The notes below the pieces were generated by a model. It did no database searches and was not told the DNA's origin. It was given only the letters and a program-made list of their open reading frames with translations. Below are positions 14,640 through 26,410 of a DNA stretch of 64,000 bases, one piece after another (position 1 is the first letter of the stretch; each line of letters starts with the position of its first letter). Origin of the DNA: Chrysomallon squamiferum (Eukaryota; Animalia; Mollusca); assembly GCA_012295275.1 (NCBI GenBank), contig CM022670.1:6572001-6636000 (forward strand). Direction: 5' to 3'. The position numbers and the translations under genes were made by a program.

Positions 14640-17600
14640 TTTTGTTTAAACAATCATTACTATAAATAATACACTACCAACGTCCTTATAACTAATATTT
14701 AAATGAATTTAATTGTTCTTTACAGTTAAAACTGCTGCTGCGGAAATGCACAACTCAACAGCTTGAGAAATGTGTTAATACAAGATTAAAGTTACTTTTT
14801 TTCGTATAATGTACTTATGTTACATCTATGAAATACACATTAGACACGCATAATCCCATTAACAAAAGTATTACCTCAGAAAAATAGAACACCCAAGCTG
14901 TTGCAGGGGTGAAATTTGAAAACCATAATGTTCTTAAAATAACTTTAATTATCACTTGATATTTTAAAACAAGTGACATACCTCTATCTTTCACAAAAAA
15001 AAATGATGTCCTATTTTCTGAGAAGTTTCAATATAAGTCATATTAGTGTATTAAAAAAAAAATAGTGTGCAGACATTCCCAGATATTATATAACAAAGTA
15101 GTGTCATAATTACTCACATGTTTCAACATAAGACATCCTAAAATATTATGTAACTAGAGTCCTAATTACACACCAGTTTTAACATACAACTTACCTGAAT
15201 GCAGTTTTAAAAAACAAGCAACATAAATATAATTTTAAAACATAAGGCAACATAAATATAATTTTAAAACATGTGACATAACCAAATATAATTTTAAAAC
15301 ACAAGGCACACCTAAATAAAAGTTCAAAACATATAATCGACATAAATATAATTTAATAAAACAACTGTTCTATCAACTGAATATTTTAAGCATTAGATGT
15401 AACTGTGATATAAATAATAATCAGTGAATACTGTAAAGAGAAAATCTGAATGTGAAATAACTCTCCTAAATTCTACTGCTATCTTGTGTTGTGAAGATTA
15501 TTTATCAGACTACCACAGCGCATCTTACTTTTATTATATAACAAACTTGTGTCCTTATCACCCTGTTGTGTAGTTTAAAAAACATGTTAGATTTTCAGCA
15601 CCTTTCTAAGGTTACTGCATCCACTGAATGACATTTAAAATAAATAAACTGTGAATCATACAACCACAATTCAGTGCATGCAACAATTAGAATGTTATTT
15701 AATCTTTAAATGTTGTATTCACTTTTAAAAATCTCTTTCTCTGTAGTCCTGTCAGCTTGTGTGTAACAATGCTACAGTCTACACAAAAAAATAAGAAATT
15801 ACTTTGCTATTGGTTACAAATTTTTTTTAAAACGCAAAAAAAAAATGACAGCTGACAATGTGCAGAAGATATTTATTTATTTTTTAACCATTTTTAAAAA
15901 ACATTTTTAAAAATTAAAATAAAAATGAAACTGAAATTTATCCAAACATTTTTTTTGAAAAAACAGTAAGATCAATTCACTGCTATTAATATGCATTTTT
16001 GTGATTTAATTTTTAAAATAAACTTTAAAATATGTTCTGTTTTATGTCTTTGTTCATCTTAAAGCAATAAATATTGTCAGATGGACTAACTTCTGATAAA
16101 TAATTCCACCTCCAGATATTCATACTGATAATCATATTGATATTCATACTGATAATCATATTGATATTCATACTGATAATTATATTGATATTCATACTGA
16201 TAATCATATTGATATTCACAATGATGATCCTACTGATATTCATACTGATGTTCATACTATTATTCATACTGATGTTCATACTAATGTTCATACTATTATT
16301 CATACTGATGTTCATACTATTATTCATATTGATGTCCATACTGTTATTCATACTGAAGTTAATACTGTTATTCATACTGATGTTCACACTGATTCATACT
16401 GATGTTCATACTAATATTTACCCTGATGTTCATACTGATGTTTATTCTGATATTCATACATATTCTTATTGATATTCATACTGTTGATTCTGATGTATAT
16501 ACTGATATTCATACTGATGTTCATACTATTACTCATACTGATATTCAAATTGATATTCATACTCACAGGGAAGGTAAACTGCTTTCTTCATCAGCATCAT
16601 CTTCAGATTCTGAAAACAGAAAAATAAGTCAGTGAATATTTAATTAATTACACCTCGACAGATTTTTCTAAATTAATTATTAGTTGTCTAAAATTACTTT
16701 TATTTTGTTTGTTTCTTTTTTGCTTTAATTTTTTATGATGATGATGATGATAAAAACAATGAAAAGAAAAAAAGAAAAAGCTAGTGTAAACCCTGTATGA
16801 GCAAGTACATGAGAAATAAGTTTTGACACATACTCCCAATACATATTCCCCTTTCTAGACATTGGTTTGTGTGAATCTAGTTCATGAACACATCAACGTT
16901 TTAATCTCCACAGGTTATTAGGCTTCAAATGTGATGTGGAATGATAATATTATTGAGAAAAGGTGCTGTTGTTTCTAAGAAAGGTGTAGAATAAAAACTT
17001 TATATTAATATGTGGATGTCTGTGTGTATGTGCAGGAATATGTGCATTTGTGTATATTATGCATGAATGCATGTGTGTGTGTGTGTGTGTGTGTCTGTGT
17101 GAATTGTGCATGTGTGTGAATGTATGTATGTGTATATGTGTGCATGTTTGTTCATATGTGTTCATGAAGTGCTGCATATATGCATACAAGTATGTATGTT
17201 TGGGTGGGTGTTTTTCTTTCAGAGCTATATGCAATTTTATTTTTAGATGGAGGAGGAGGTTGTAAGGTACTTTTTTTTCCCCTTACTCTTATTAATCCCA
17301 CACTTAACAATACCTGTCAAAATTAATGTCACATCTTACACCTGACAAAAATTACAAAGCTGTTTTTAAAAAATGATAACATTTGCTCCCTATGATTTGC
17401 AAAAGTCGTCTATGATGTATTCCTCATATTTCAGTTCCATTCATTTCAGAATATAAAACTTCGTGTTTGTCAAAACACCTGTCATAGCAAAATAAAAAAC
17501 ATCTTACAAGTTTCAATGAATCCAGTATTCCTGCCCATAAACATAAACTATGGTTTAGTAAGGTTAAAGATATTTGTGCTATTAAACAGCAGTATCTCCC

Positions 17601-19369
17601 CGAATGAGACACATCTAAACAATTACTTAAAATGAAATATTTTTATCTTCTATGGTTTGGGTATCATCGACAAAACGTTTCACAGTGGAGTAACTTTTTT
17701 ACATTTTGAAATGGAAATGTTCAGCATCAATGGATTTTGTTTACAATAATATTAAAAATAAAGATTTTGTAAACAAATATTTGAAATATACATTGTGATG
17801 AAAGCTTATGTATCTTCAAATTACACAAAAGAAGAAAAACAAATGTAAAGAAAATATGTTTTATATTTAATGACAAAAATAAGATGGTTTTACATTTTCT
17901 TTTAACATTTAATGATAAAAAAAAAAAAAAATTAGTATTATCCTTTTTTAAAACTTAATTACAAAACTAAGATAATAATGTACTTTTTAAAAATATTTAA
18001 TGATATCTGAATACATTTTTATATTAATTGATTTTAGAAACAAAACAAAATCTTTGTATTGTAATACCCAAGAATCAAAATCTACATAGGTGGAGTTTAA
18101 ATATTAACAACAATGTATTTTTTTTATTACATCTTTCTACTGACAGGATACCACATACCACATAATTATCATGAACTGCAAAATTACTATTACGTACACT
18201 GAACAAGAAACCTATATGTATCTGAGTTAAGTGTTCAAACCACTAAACTAGTCAACTTTAACTCTAATTATTATTTGCAGTACTGAAAATAAATCACCTT
18301 CTGAAGACTACACAAATATGTAAATGCAGAAACTAAGCCTGAAATAGCTATATCTGAATATTAAGACCAGCATGTGGGTAAAAATTCTTAGAATACCAGT
18401 GTATTATTAGAACTGGTTAAATCTACACCAAGTTCTGAATATTTGAAATATTTTCTTCTTAATAAACATTTTAATATTCATTATTTATTTACTGCGTTGT
18501 TTTAATTCTAAAAGTAACATTATTAAAAGCAAACTTGATCAAATTATATAGACAGAAAGAATAATATAATTTAACATAATCAGGATGTCTAAAATAATTT
18601 GTGTTTAATTATAATTAATTTTAAAACTATTATTACATTAAAGGCAATTATGACAATAAATATAATATTAACAAAAATACAAAATAAAATCATAGTTCAT
18701 TTTAACAGTATTAAAATATTATCAAATTATTGATTTTGAAAAATAAACTGGGGGTTTTAAATTATCAATTTATTACTGAAATTTTTCAGACATTATTACT
18801 AAAATTTATTTTTAAAATATAATTTTAGTGTTGAATACTCAGTTATCAATAGGCTATAAATGTTAAATGAAAAAAATCTTAATTTTTTTAAACAATATCA
18901 TCAGCATTACATATATTAGTAAACAGTTTTAAAAGTATAACTAATAAATACAAAATTATATATATTACTTATAAATACAAAATAATAAAATATAAATGAT
19001 AAATACTAAATTAATATAACTAAAATATGACTGACAAAGACTAAATTAAAAGAATTATTGTTAAACAAAAAATTGAAAGTATGATTAATAAAAAGAAAAT
19101 TACAAGCATTATTAACAGAGTTTCTCCAGCTATGGAAATTATTCATTGTGTATGAATCAGAGTTCAGGAAGTTTGATCCTGTAAGAAAAGATGTGTCACA
19201 CACAGGTTATGTAAAACACTGAACAACACAAACATCTCTACTTCCATACATCTTTAAACTTTATCATTTGAATGAGTACATTTTTTGAACAATTCTTCAT
19301 TTTATTAGGTATTAAACTGGATTTGTGTGTGTGCTTTTGTGCATGTATGTCTGAAATGTACGTACATAC

Positions 19370-19402
<33 letters not shown>

Positions 19403-19589
19403 AAGATAAAATGAAAGAAAACCTGTTGTTTGCAGAAAGAAACATTTAATATGCACCTTTTCAATGGCAGCAAAGCATTAGGATATTAGTTGGATCGAGA
19501 AATAGGCCATAAAAATAAAATATTTATCTGTTCTAAAATCCTTTAATAAATGGCTTGAGTTTCCTGATCAGTTTGATAAGATTTCTATG

Positions 19590-19622
<33 letters not shown>

Positions 19623-21106
19623 GTTAATTTCAATAGACTCAAGAGAAAAAAAATAATTGGAAAATTGTACTGACTCAGTAAAAAGATAGTAAGAGTATTA
19701 CTATCACTTTAAATGTCACAGAAAAAACAAAACTGAAAAAGTTTAAATACATGTTAAATGTCAGGTACAATCAAATAAATATTGGTCCACAATTCTTTTA
19801 TATATATAATTTAAAACAAAAAGAAAATATTTGTGTCCAAATAAATTTTACATTCAATTCCAGTTTCTTTATAGTTTTTTATCTTTAATAATGCAATAAA
19901 AATTAGACAGATAATCTTCAACTTCTTTAATTTCACAAACATAATCTCTGTTTCTAAGTATCAGGACAACACAACAGATTTTAATTCTTTTTAATGTTAG
20001 AATTAAAAAAAGTCTACTTAGAACAATTATTATTGTTTTCAATATTGTACTTTAAAACCTATTTAACTGCAAAACAGTTTGGTCAGTTTAAATCTGCAGT
20101 AAGTATTTACAGACAAGATTTTCCACAGACTAATAGTTTAATTGTTAAATATTAATTATGAATTTGTAAACTATGCATTTTAAAACAAAAAGGTTTCATG
20201 TCAGAGCAGCAACCTTGAGAATACCTCAAAATCAGGACCTGTTACCTGTAGAAAATTACCTAAGTGTGAGTTCACACATTCCAGTACACTACACTGAATG
20301 TCACCAAGTGCCCAGTTCAAACTGTGTTTGCCACAGGTCAGCAGATCTGACCATATTAGTGGACATACAGAACATTTCTGAAAAGCAGTCGCTGATGAAT
20401 AACTTACACCTTCAACCTTCTGGTTCACACTTGAAGATGTGGGGGGGTGACAGAGTAAGTAGTAGAGAGCTGGTCTCTAGTAGGACTGATTGCAAAATCA
20501 AACCTTCCAAGTATTCCCACAGGGCTATTTCCCAATCAAACCACTGCCAAAATGCTCATTTATCAAAAGTCATATCATGTGCTTTCCTAACTATAACGTA
20601 AAAGATATCTCCCTGTTATACAAAACAGACTGACTGCAGTATATTTTTTCAGTTGTTTTCTGTATGGTCTTGGCTGTATACATAAAACACTGATTAATGA
20701 AGCATCGCTTTCTCTCTTCATTCCAAAAGAAAATGCACACACATGAAAGATGTAACAGATGTTGATCCAGTTAAGTGCAGTGTTCAATAACAACTGGATC
20801 TTTTTATTTATTTTATTTTTTCATTTATTTATGCTCGGTATGACTTTATCAGTTGAGTTATTAAAGTATAAATGAAATAAACAAAAACAAAAATGACGAA
20901 GTAATGCAAAACATTGAAAATGTTTATGGCACTGGACACAGAAGGCTAAAATTATTATTTATAAATAAAAAAAAATAATAATAATTTAAACTGAAAAGTA
21001 AATAACAAAACAACAGTATTAATAAACAAGCCCATTATATCTTATTAGCAGTAGAAATTCTTAAAAATAATTGTTAAATTGACTGATAATGCAGAATGAG
21101 TAAAAA

Positions 21107-21184
<78 letters not shown>

Positions 21185-21679
21185 AATAAAATAAAATAAA
21201 ATAAAATTTTCAAAAGTGACAGAATGATGGTAAGTGACAGTCGAAATTGCGAATATCGCAAACGAAGCATTTTATAAAAAAATATATGTATATATTATAT
21301 ATAACATTTTGACCGACAATGGCGTTTGTATTAAATCATTACACACTTGGGGTTAATTAGCATCGATAACGAGAAGTATAATGAGTGACAAATAACAAAA
21401 TCAATTAAACCGTGAACTCTAAGGAAGTCTAGTTGTCGACGTCTGTCAAATTATATTGACGTTGCCAGATTCACAGAATCAAACAATTTAGCTGAATTTG
21501 TTATGATTTTGTAGGATTTTCTTGAAAATACGCCCACTACGAAAAGTGATAATGCCACATTAGTTCTTACCTCCATCAGTGTTACTTGAAGATCCAAATG
21601 TGTGCGATGATTCCGACTGTGGAAGGGACAACACGCACACACCTTCCCCCACAGAACTTCTTTCTGCTATGTCCGCCAT
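13962..21679 (-). CDS. Unidentified protein, N-terminal exons only (gene continues leftwards, probably beyond the window)
   Basis: Exon 21679-21571 (aacATGGCG context, MADIAERSSVGEGVCVLSLPQSESSHTFGSSSNTDG, donor G|GTAAGA, phase 1). Exon 16609-16567 (ttttcag acceptor, ESEDDADEESSLPS, donor GTGAGT, phase 2). Exon 13996(or 14001)-13962 (LPEWNQQQDFKY or LSDQNGTSNKTLNT, donor GTAAGT). Phases chain without stops, and exon 1 sits in a GC/CpG-rich island. No family recognised. Confidence 0.65.
15215..15360. repeat. ~30 bp tandem repeat (caacataaatataattttaaaacataagg), about 5 copies
   Basis: Direct reading. Confidence 0.75.
16116..16562. repeat. 12 bp minisatellite (gatattcatact)n
   Basis: Several dozen degenerate copies. 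The array runs directly into the minus-strand donor site at 16566. Confidence 0.92.
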
Positions 21680-22200
21680 GTTCTCGCAAAAGCCACGCCC
21701 ACCATCCGGGCTCCTCGCCTTTGACACACCCACCTCCCCAGCAGTGTCGGGCGACTGTGTCGAGTGACGTCAGAGTCGAGCAATGTCTGAAGTGTAATCT
21801 CGGTGGGGTTTTGTTTGTGATCGATAGGGTTAGCAGCGATCGATGCAATTACACGCGTGGGGACAATATCTGAATGAAAAGAGGAATTATAAAAGCATTT
21901 TTTTACTTCTTTTTTACAGCACTTTATCATGATGTACTTGATTTATATGAATACGACTTCGGGTGCCCAAATGTAAAAAATAAAACTGTGTCATGGAATT
22001 CACGTCAAAAATAGGGTTGAAAGTTTAATGATAAAATTATATCTGCCACTTAATAACCTATCCAAATTATAACTTTAATAATAATAATGTTATATGAATA
22101 GATTAATGTTATAAAAATAGAAAGGGATTTGAACAGTGGCACGTACTGGCATATAATTTTAGAGGAGGGTGGACGCTCCCCCCCACTCCACCAACTGTCG
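21680..22200 (-). promoter_or_regulatory. CpG-rich promoter/5'UTR region of the unidentified minus-strand gene
   Basis: High GC/CpG against an AT-rich background, a GC-box-like CCACGCCCA, a full CRE TGACGTCA at 21765-21772 and a YY1-like CCGCCATGTT overlapping the ATG. Confidence 0.6.
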
Positions 22201-22481
22201 CTAACTGCATTAATACTAATGATAACAGTGTTGTACATGTTTTTTTATGCATGTTTTTTAGTTCACATGCCTTGGCCCATACACCACCAAAATGTTGTTT
22301 GATTTATAAACAAATTCCCGCTTTAATCTGCAAATTTTATTAATTTTCCATATCTAGGAGATTCCAACGACAATACCTACTGTGTAAACTGATTAATATT
22401 TTTTTTTTTTTTTTTTTTTTTACAACATAATAAACGAAATTTGTTTAATGTTGTTTGTTGCTTTTTGGGGTTTATTTTATG

Positions 22482-22551
<70 letters not shown>

Positions 22552-23155
22552 ATATATATATATTAATAAGTATAATATAGAGGCACATGCTCACACTCCT
22601 ACATTTGTACAGAAAGATACATGCATGTATACACATTCACAAAAACACACGCTAACATATTTAATTTTGTACATATAGAAATAATATATGTATTACAGCT
22701 TATATGCATACACCCCCATACCCACCCCCACATACACATATTATATAATTATATTTATATAAAGAAAGATGTATTTTACATAGCCTAGATCGTACAGTTG
22801 ATAACCAAGGCAGTTATCAGCAAGGAATCTTTTCACGCACACTTCCCATTTAGAAGTAATTAATCATTCGATCACCGCGCCTCGGGTACCAGTCTAACAT
22901 TGAACTGCAGGTTACGTTTGTAGTTGTTATCTACAAAGGGATTTTCAATCTATAGTAGGCCCTGCAAAACCCTGTGAAAATTATACACAACTGTATCTCT
23001 CCCATTTTTTTTATTATTTTTTTTATTTTTTATATATAATTAAATTCTGCTATCTAATCACAGATCTGAGAAATGGTATGAAAAATATTTAGTGTTATCT
23101 CATTTTTAGAGTCCGCCAGATATATATTAATGACATTATTATTATTATTATTATT

Positions 23156-23214
<59 letters not shown>

Positions 23215-24154
23215 AAAATAATTATTTCTGTAATTGCGGTGTACAATATTATGATGTTTGTGAATTGTGTGTAATGAAAGTTGTGATGTTATTATATTTG
23301 TATGATGTTGACTGAAATAACAATGAATTCTGTATAAAGTATTGGTTGTTTTATTATGATATAGATAATTCGGTTTAACACAATGATTTTTTAACAATGT
23401 TACAGAAGATGGAGTTTTCTGGTAACTAAGTGATTAATATATAACCAAAACTGTTTGTGGCGCATTTGAAGATTATATAGAACATGTTTATGGTAACGAC
23501 TAACATGATAATTTGTGAGAGTATAAAATAGTTGTTTCTGATAACAATGATAATACTATAATTGCTATATAAAAAAAAAAAAAAATATCACGTGACAGTT
23601 TGTGTTGTAACAAAACGAATTTTTTTACGTGGGAATTATCTATGTATATTTGGTAGTTTTTGTAATCATGTGACAAAATGTTTAAAAGACACGTGTTCAT
23701 TTGCTTGTGATCGTTATTGTGATATTAGAGGTAGAACGCTCATTTGGTATTTACAACTTTGAAGAATTTGATTCCTGTAGTTAATAATCATATTTGGCCC
23801 ATAACGAGTGCTAATAATTAAAAAAAGAAACATCACTGTTTGCAAACTTTTCATTGCCTCAGGATTGATTAATTATAATCTTTATTTGTTTACTATTGAG
23901 ATGTTGATTGTGATGTTTATAATAATCAACTTTTTTATGAGTTTGACAGTTTTAACTTTTGTTTGTCAATTTGTGACCTTCACCTGCAATTGTATAAACT
24001 GATGGTTCGTGACGTTTTCAATCTGGCAGCATTCTGGCAGCATTTTGGCAGGTCTGCGTATTACTTCTTATAAAGTACAGCTGACGTCAGCAGAATAACA
24101 ATATCCTTTTTTCTTCTGCTTTTTTTCTTTTTCTTTCTTTATTCAGTATTTATT

Positions 24155-24229
<75 letters not shown>

Positions 24230-24280
24230 TTAAATTAAATATTGATTTAATTTAATTAAACATTTATAATATTATTTAAA

Positions 24281-24353
<73 letters not shown>

Positions 24354-25712
24354 CTCAGACTCTGGATATTATTCTTCATGAACTAAATTTCACGATGAAG
24401 CTGGCTGAACGTTGTGATCGACGAGTACAATACACCGTCGCGACGCTGACGTAAACACGTGTCAGTCTAGGATAACACAAAAACGCGAATTGTCATTCAC
24501 GACGACATCTATTTCCTAGGTCAGCATAAACACAGCCGCATTGATTGTCACAATGTTGGCACTCTCGGACAATGAGTGCTGTCCACTGAATTGCTGAAGT
24601 TAACAATTTTTAGAAAATTTAGTTACGGTCGGTTTCATTTCTTTATGGTATTTTGCACAACAGACAGCTTAACTGTTTTTATTCGTAAAACTTGTCTGTC
24701 CTCATCCAGAACCAACATGTCTGCTTTCAATGCTATATATATATATATATATATAACACAAACCTAAATTCATTAATTATTTTTATTCTTATTATTAATA
24801 TACTTTTATTGTTCGTTTTTCTTTCTTCTGTGTGGGTGTGTGCATATATGTGTAAACGCCTCTCTTTTGTAATTTAATAACTCATTGATATAAATCCCTT
24901 GCTGAATGCCCTAGATCTGCTTCTGTTTTTTTTCGAGTTAATATCCCTTTAAGCCTATTAATTAATACTGCAGAAACATCAGCAATGTGTAAGTACATGA
25001 ATAGTAGTCGTTTCGCCAGCTAGGTCAGCGCCTAACGCGAAGGGAGAAAACCTTACACGTATAAAGTGCAGTATTAAAAGAATTACGTCCCTTATTTACT
25101 ACAAAAATTATTTACACTTTCATCTGATGATTAGTTTCTTGTTTACAAATGTATTTTAAATGTTTGAAATGAAATTATTAATTAATTAATTTTGAAAATG
25201 TTTTAAAAACAAAAAAATTCTACTTGAAGAGTAGTTAATATGCATATTTATTTATTTTATTTTATTTTTTTTTTTTTTTTCGACGAACTGTGCGGTTCGT
25301 ACTCATTTGTTTTCTTCTTCTTTTTTGTTTCTATACAAATATTTAGTTGTTGACTATTTATTAAATACTTACATTTAAAATAAAGATGTGAAGTATATTT
25401 TAATTTAATTCTTTTTCGTTGATATAATTACTAAATATGGTAAAATGTTTTTTTGTTTTGTTTTGGGTTTTTTTGTTGTGTTTTTTGTTTTGTTTTCAAT
25501 TATTATTTCTTGAACCTAAATATGGCTAATAATAATTTCTTGAAAACATATTTTAAAAAGACGGAATGACATAACTACATTAACCTTAGCAACGATTTAG
25601 TTGCATATGTCATACGTGTAAAAATAAACAAAGAAATAATTAAACGAACAAAGTCAATAGTTTCCTGATATGACGAAAACAAATATATATATCTGCCTGT
25701 TCCCGACTTTAT

Positions 25713-25747
<35 letters not shown>

Positions 25748-25823
25748 TGTGTTTCTTCGATCGCGAATGTATTATCGTTACTCATTTGTCATTATTTTTA
25801 TTTCTCATATTATAATAGCTATA

Positions 25824-25897
25824 CAGTCGTACCTCGACTTACTAGTACTCCAACTTTAGGTTTTCCGAGTTACGAACAGTCGCCCAGTTGATTTTTT
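25824..25897 (+). mobile_element. Truncated left end of a pogo/Tigger-like DNA transposon
   Basis: TA + CAGTCGTACCTCGACTT resembles the TIR of the element at 56025-56686 (CAGTGGTACCTCGA). The internal ccgagttacgaacagtcgcccagttgatttttt aligns with tcgagttacgagtagtcgcaccactgatttttt in that element. Confidence 0.75.
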
Positions 25898-26028
25898 ATT
25901 AAGTAACCAGCGTATGTATGATTGCAGTAAAGATTTATTAATATTTGTTGCTGTTGTTGTTGTTGTTGTTGTTGTTGTTATTATTATTATGTATTTATTT
26001 ATTTCTTTTCATTAGTTATATCAAATTG

Positions 26029-26055
26029 TTTCATCTGACTGAGGCATTAGTTTGA
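26029..26055 (+). promoter_or_regulatory. Candidate snRNA distal sequence element (TTTCATCTGACTGAGGCATTAGTTTGA), present in every unit
   Basis: Invariant island at about -265 to -240 of U5 within a more variable AT-rich spacer. The position matches Pol II snRNA DSEs. Function is inferred. Confidence 0.45.
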
Positions 26056-26229
26056 AACTGATTTCTAAACACTTTTCTTGGCGTTTACTGATAATGAAAC
26101 TTACGTTTATCTATAAATTAATTTTTTACATTGTTTCCTTTATGTTACAAATAAATTATTGGTATTTTCTTGTATGAGCTTGAATAATTAAAGAATAAAA
26201 AAATCAATATCAAAACAAAATGAAGAAAG

Positions 26230-26250
26230 ACACCACCAGCGCTGAACGAG
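26230..26250 (+). promoter_or_regulatory. Candidate proximal sequence element (PSE) ACACCACCAGCGCTGAACGAG, upstream of all 7 U5 copies
   Basis: GC-rich conserved motif at -64 to -44 of the U5 5' end, the standard SNAPc/PSE position. No TATA box, consistent with a Pol II snRNA. Confidence 0.7.
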
Positions 26251-26293
26251 AAAAGAAATTGTATTACAGAAATTTATCAGGGCAAGGAAAAGT

Positions 26294-26410
26294 AACTCTG
26301 GTTTCTCTGCACAGAATAAATCTTTCGCCTTTTACTAAAGATTTCCGTGTGGAGGGACAATTCAATGAGTCTATAGACTTATTTTTGTAAACCCTACTTT
26401 TTGTAGGTTA
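26294..26410 (+). ncRNA. RNU5: U5 spliceosomal snRNA, copy 1 (3' stem variant GTAGGTT)
   Basis: ACTCTGGTTTCTCT 5' end, stem AAATCTTT/AAAGATTT enclosing the invariant loop 1 CGCCTTTTACT, CCG internal loop, Sm site ATTTTTG and a 3' hairpin. Matches the well-known metazoan U5 sequence. Confidence 0.97.

Noticed and set aside
13962-16609. Resemblance of EESSLP...FKY to the TFCP2/grainyhead N-terminal EESSLP...FQY
   Set aside because: Too short and low-complexity, and the conserved upstream TFCP2 motifs are absent. No gene symbol assigned.
229-17265. Dozens of ORFs rich in CV/HT/YI/LL/II repeats
   Set aside because: They are translations of (TG)n, (TATG)n, (AAT)n, (AGT)n and 12-mer repeats, with no splice or domain support.
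20173-20601. 142-aa plus-strand ORF
   Set aside because: No recognisable motif, antisense within an intron of the minus-strand gene and no supporting exon structure.
21579-21930. Four overlapping ORFs in the GC-rich island
   Set aside because: By-products of high GC content. The supported reading is the short spliced minus-strand exon 21679-21571.
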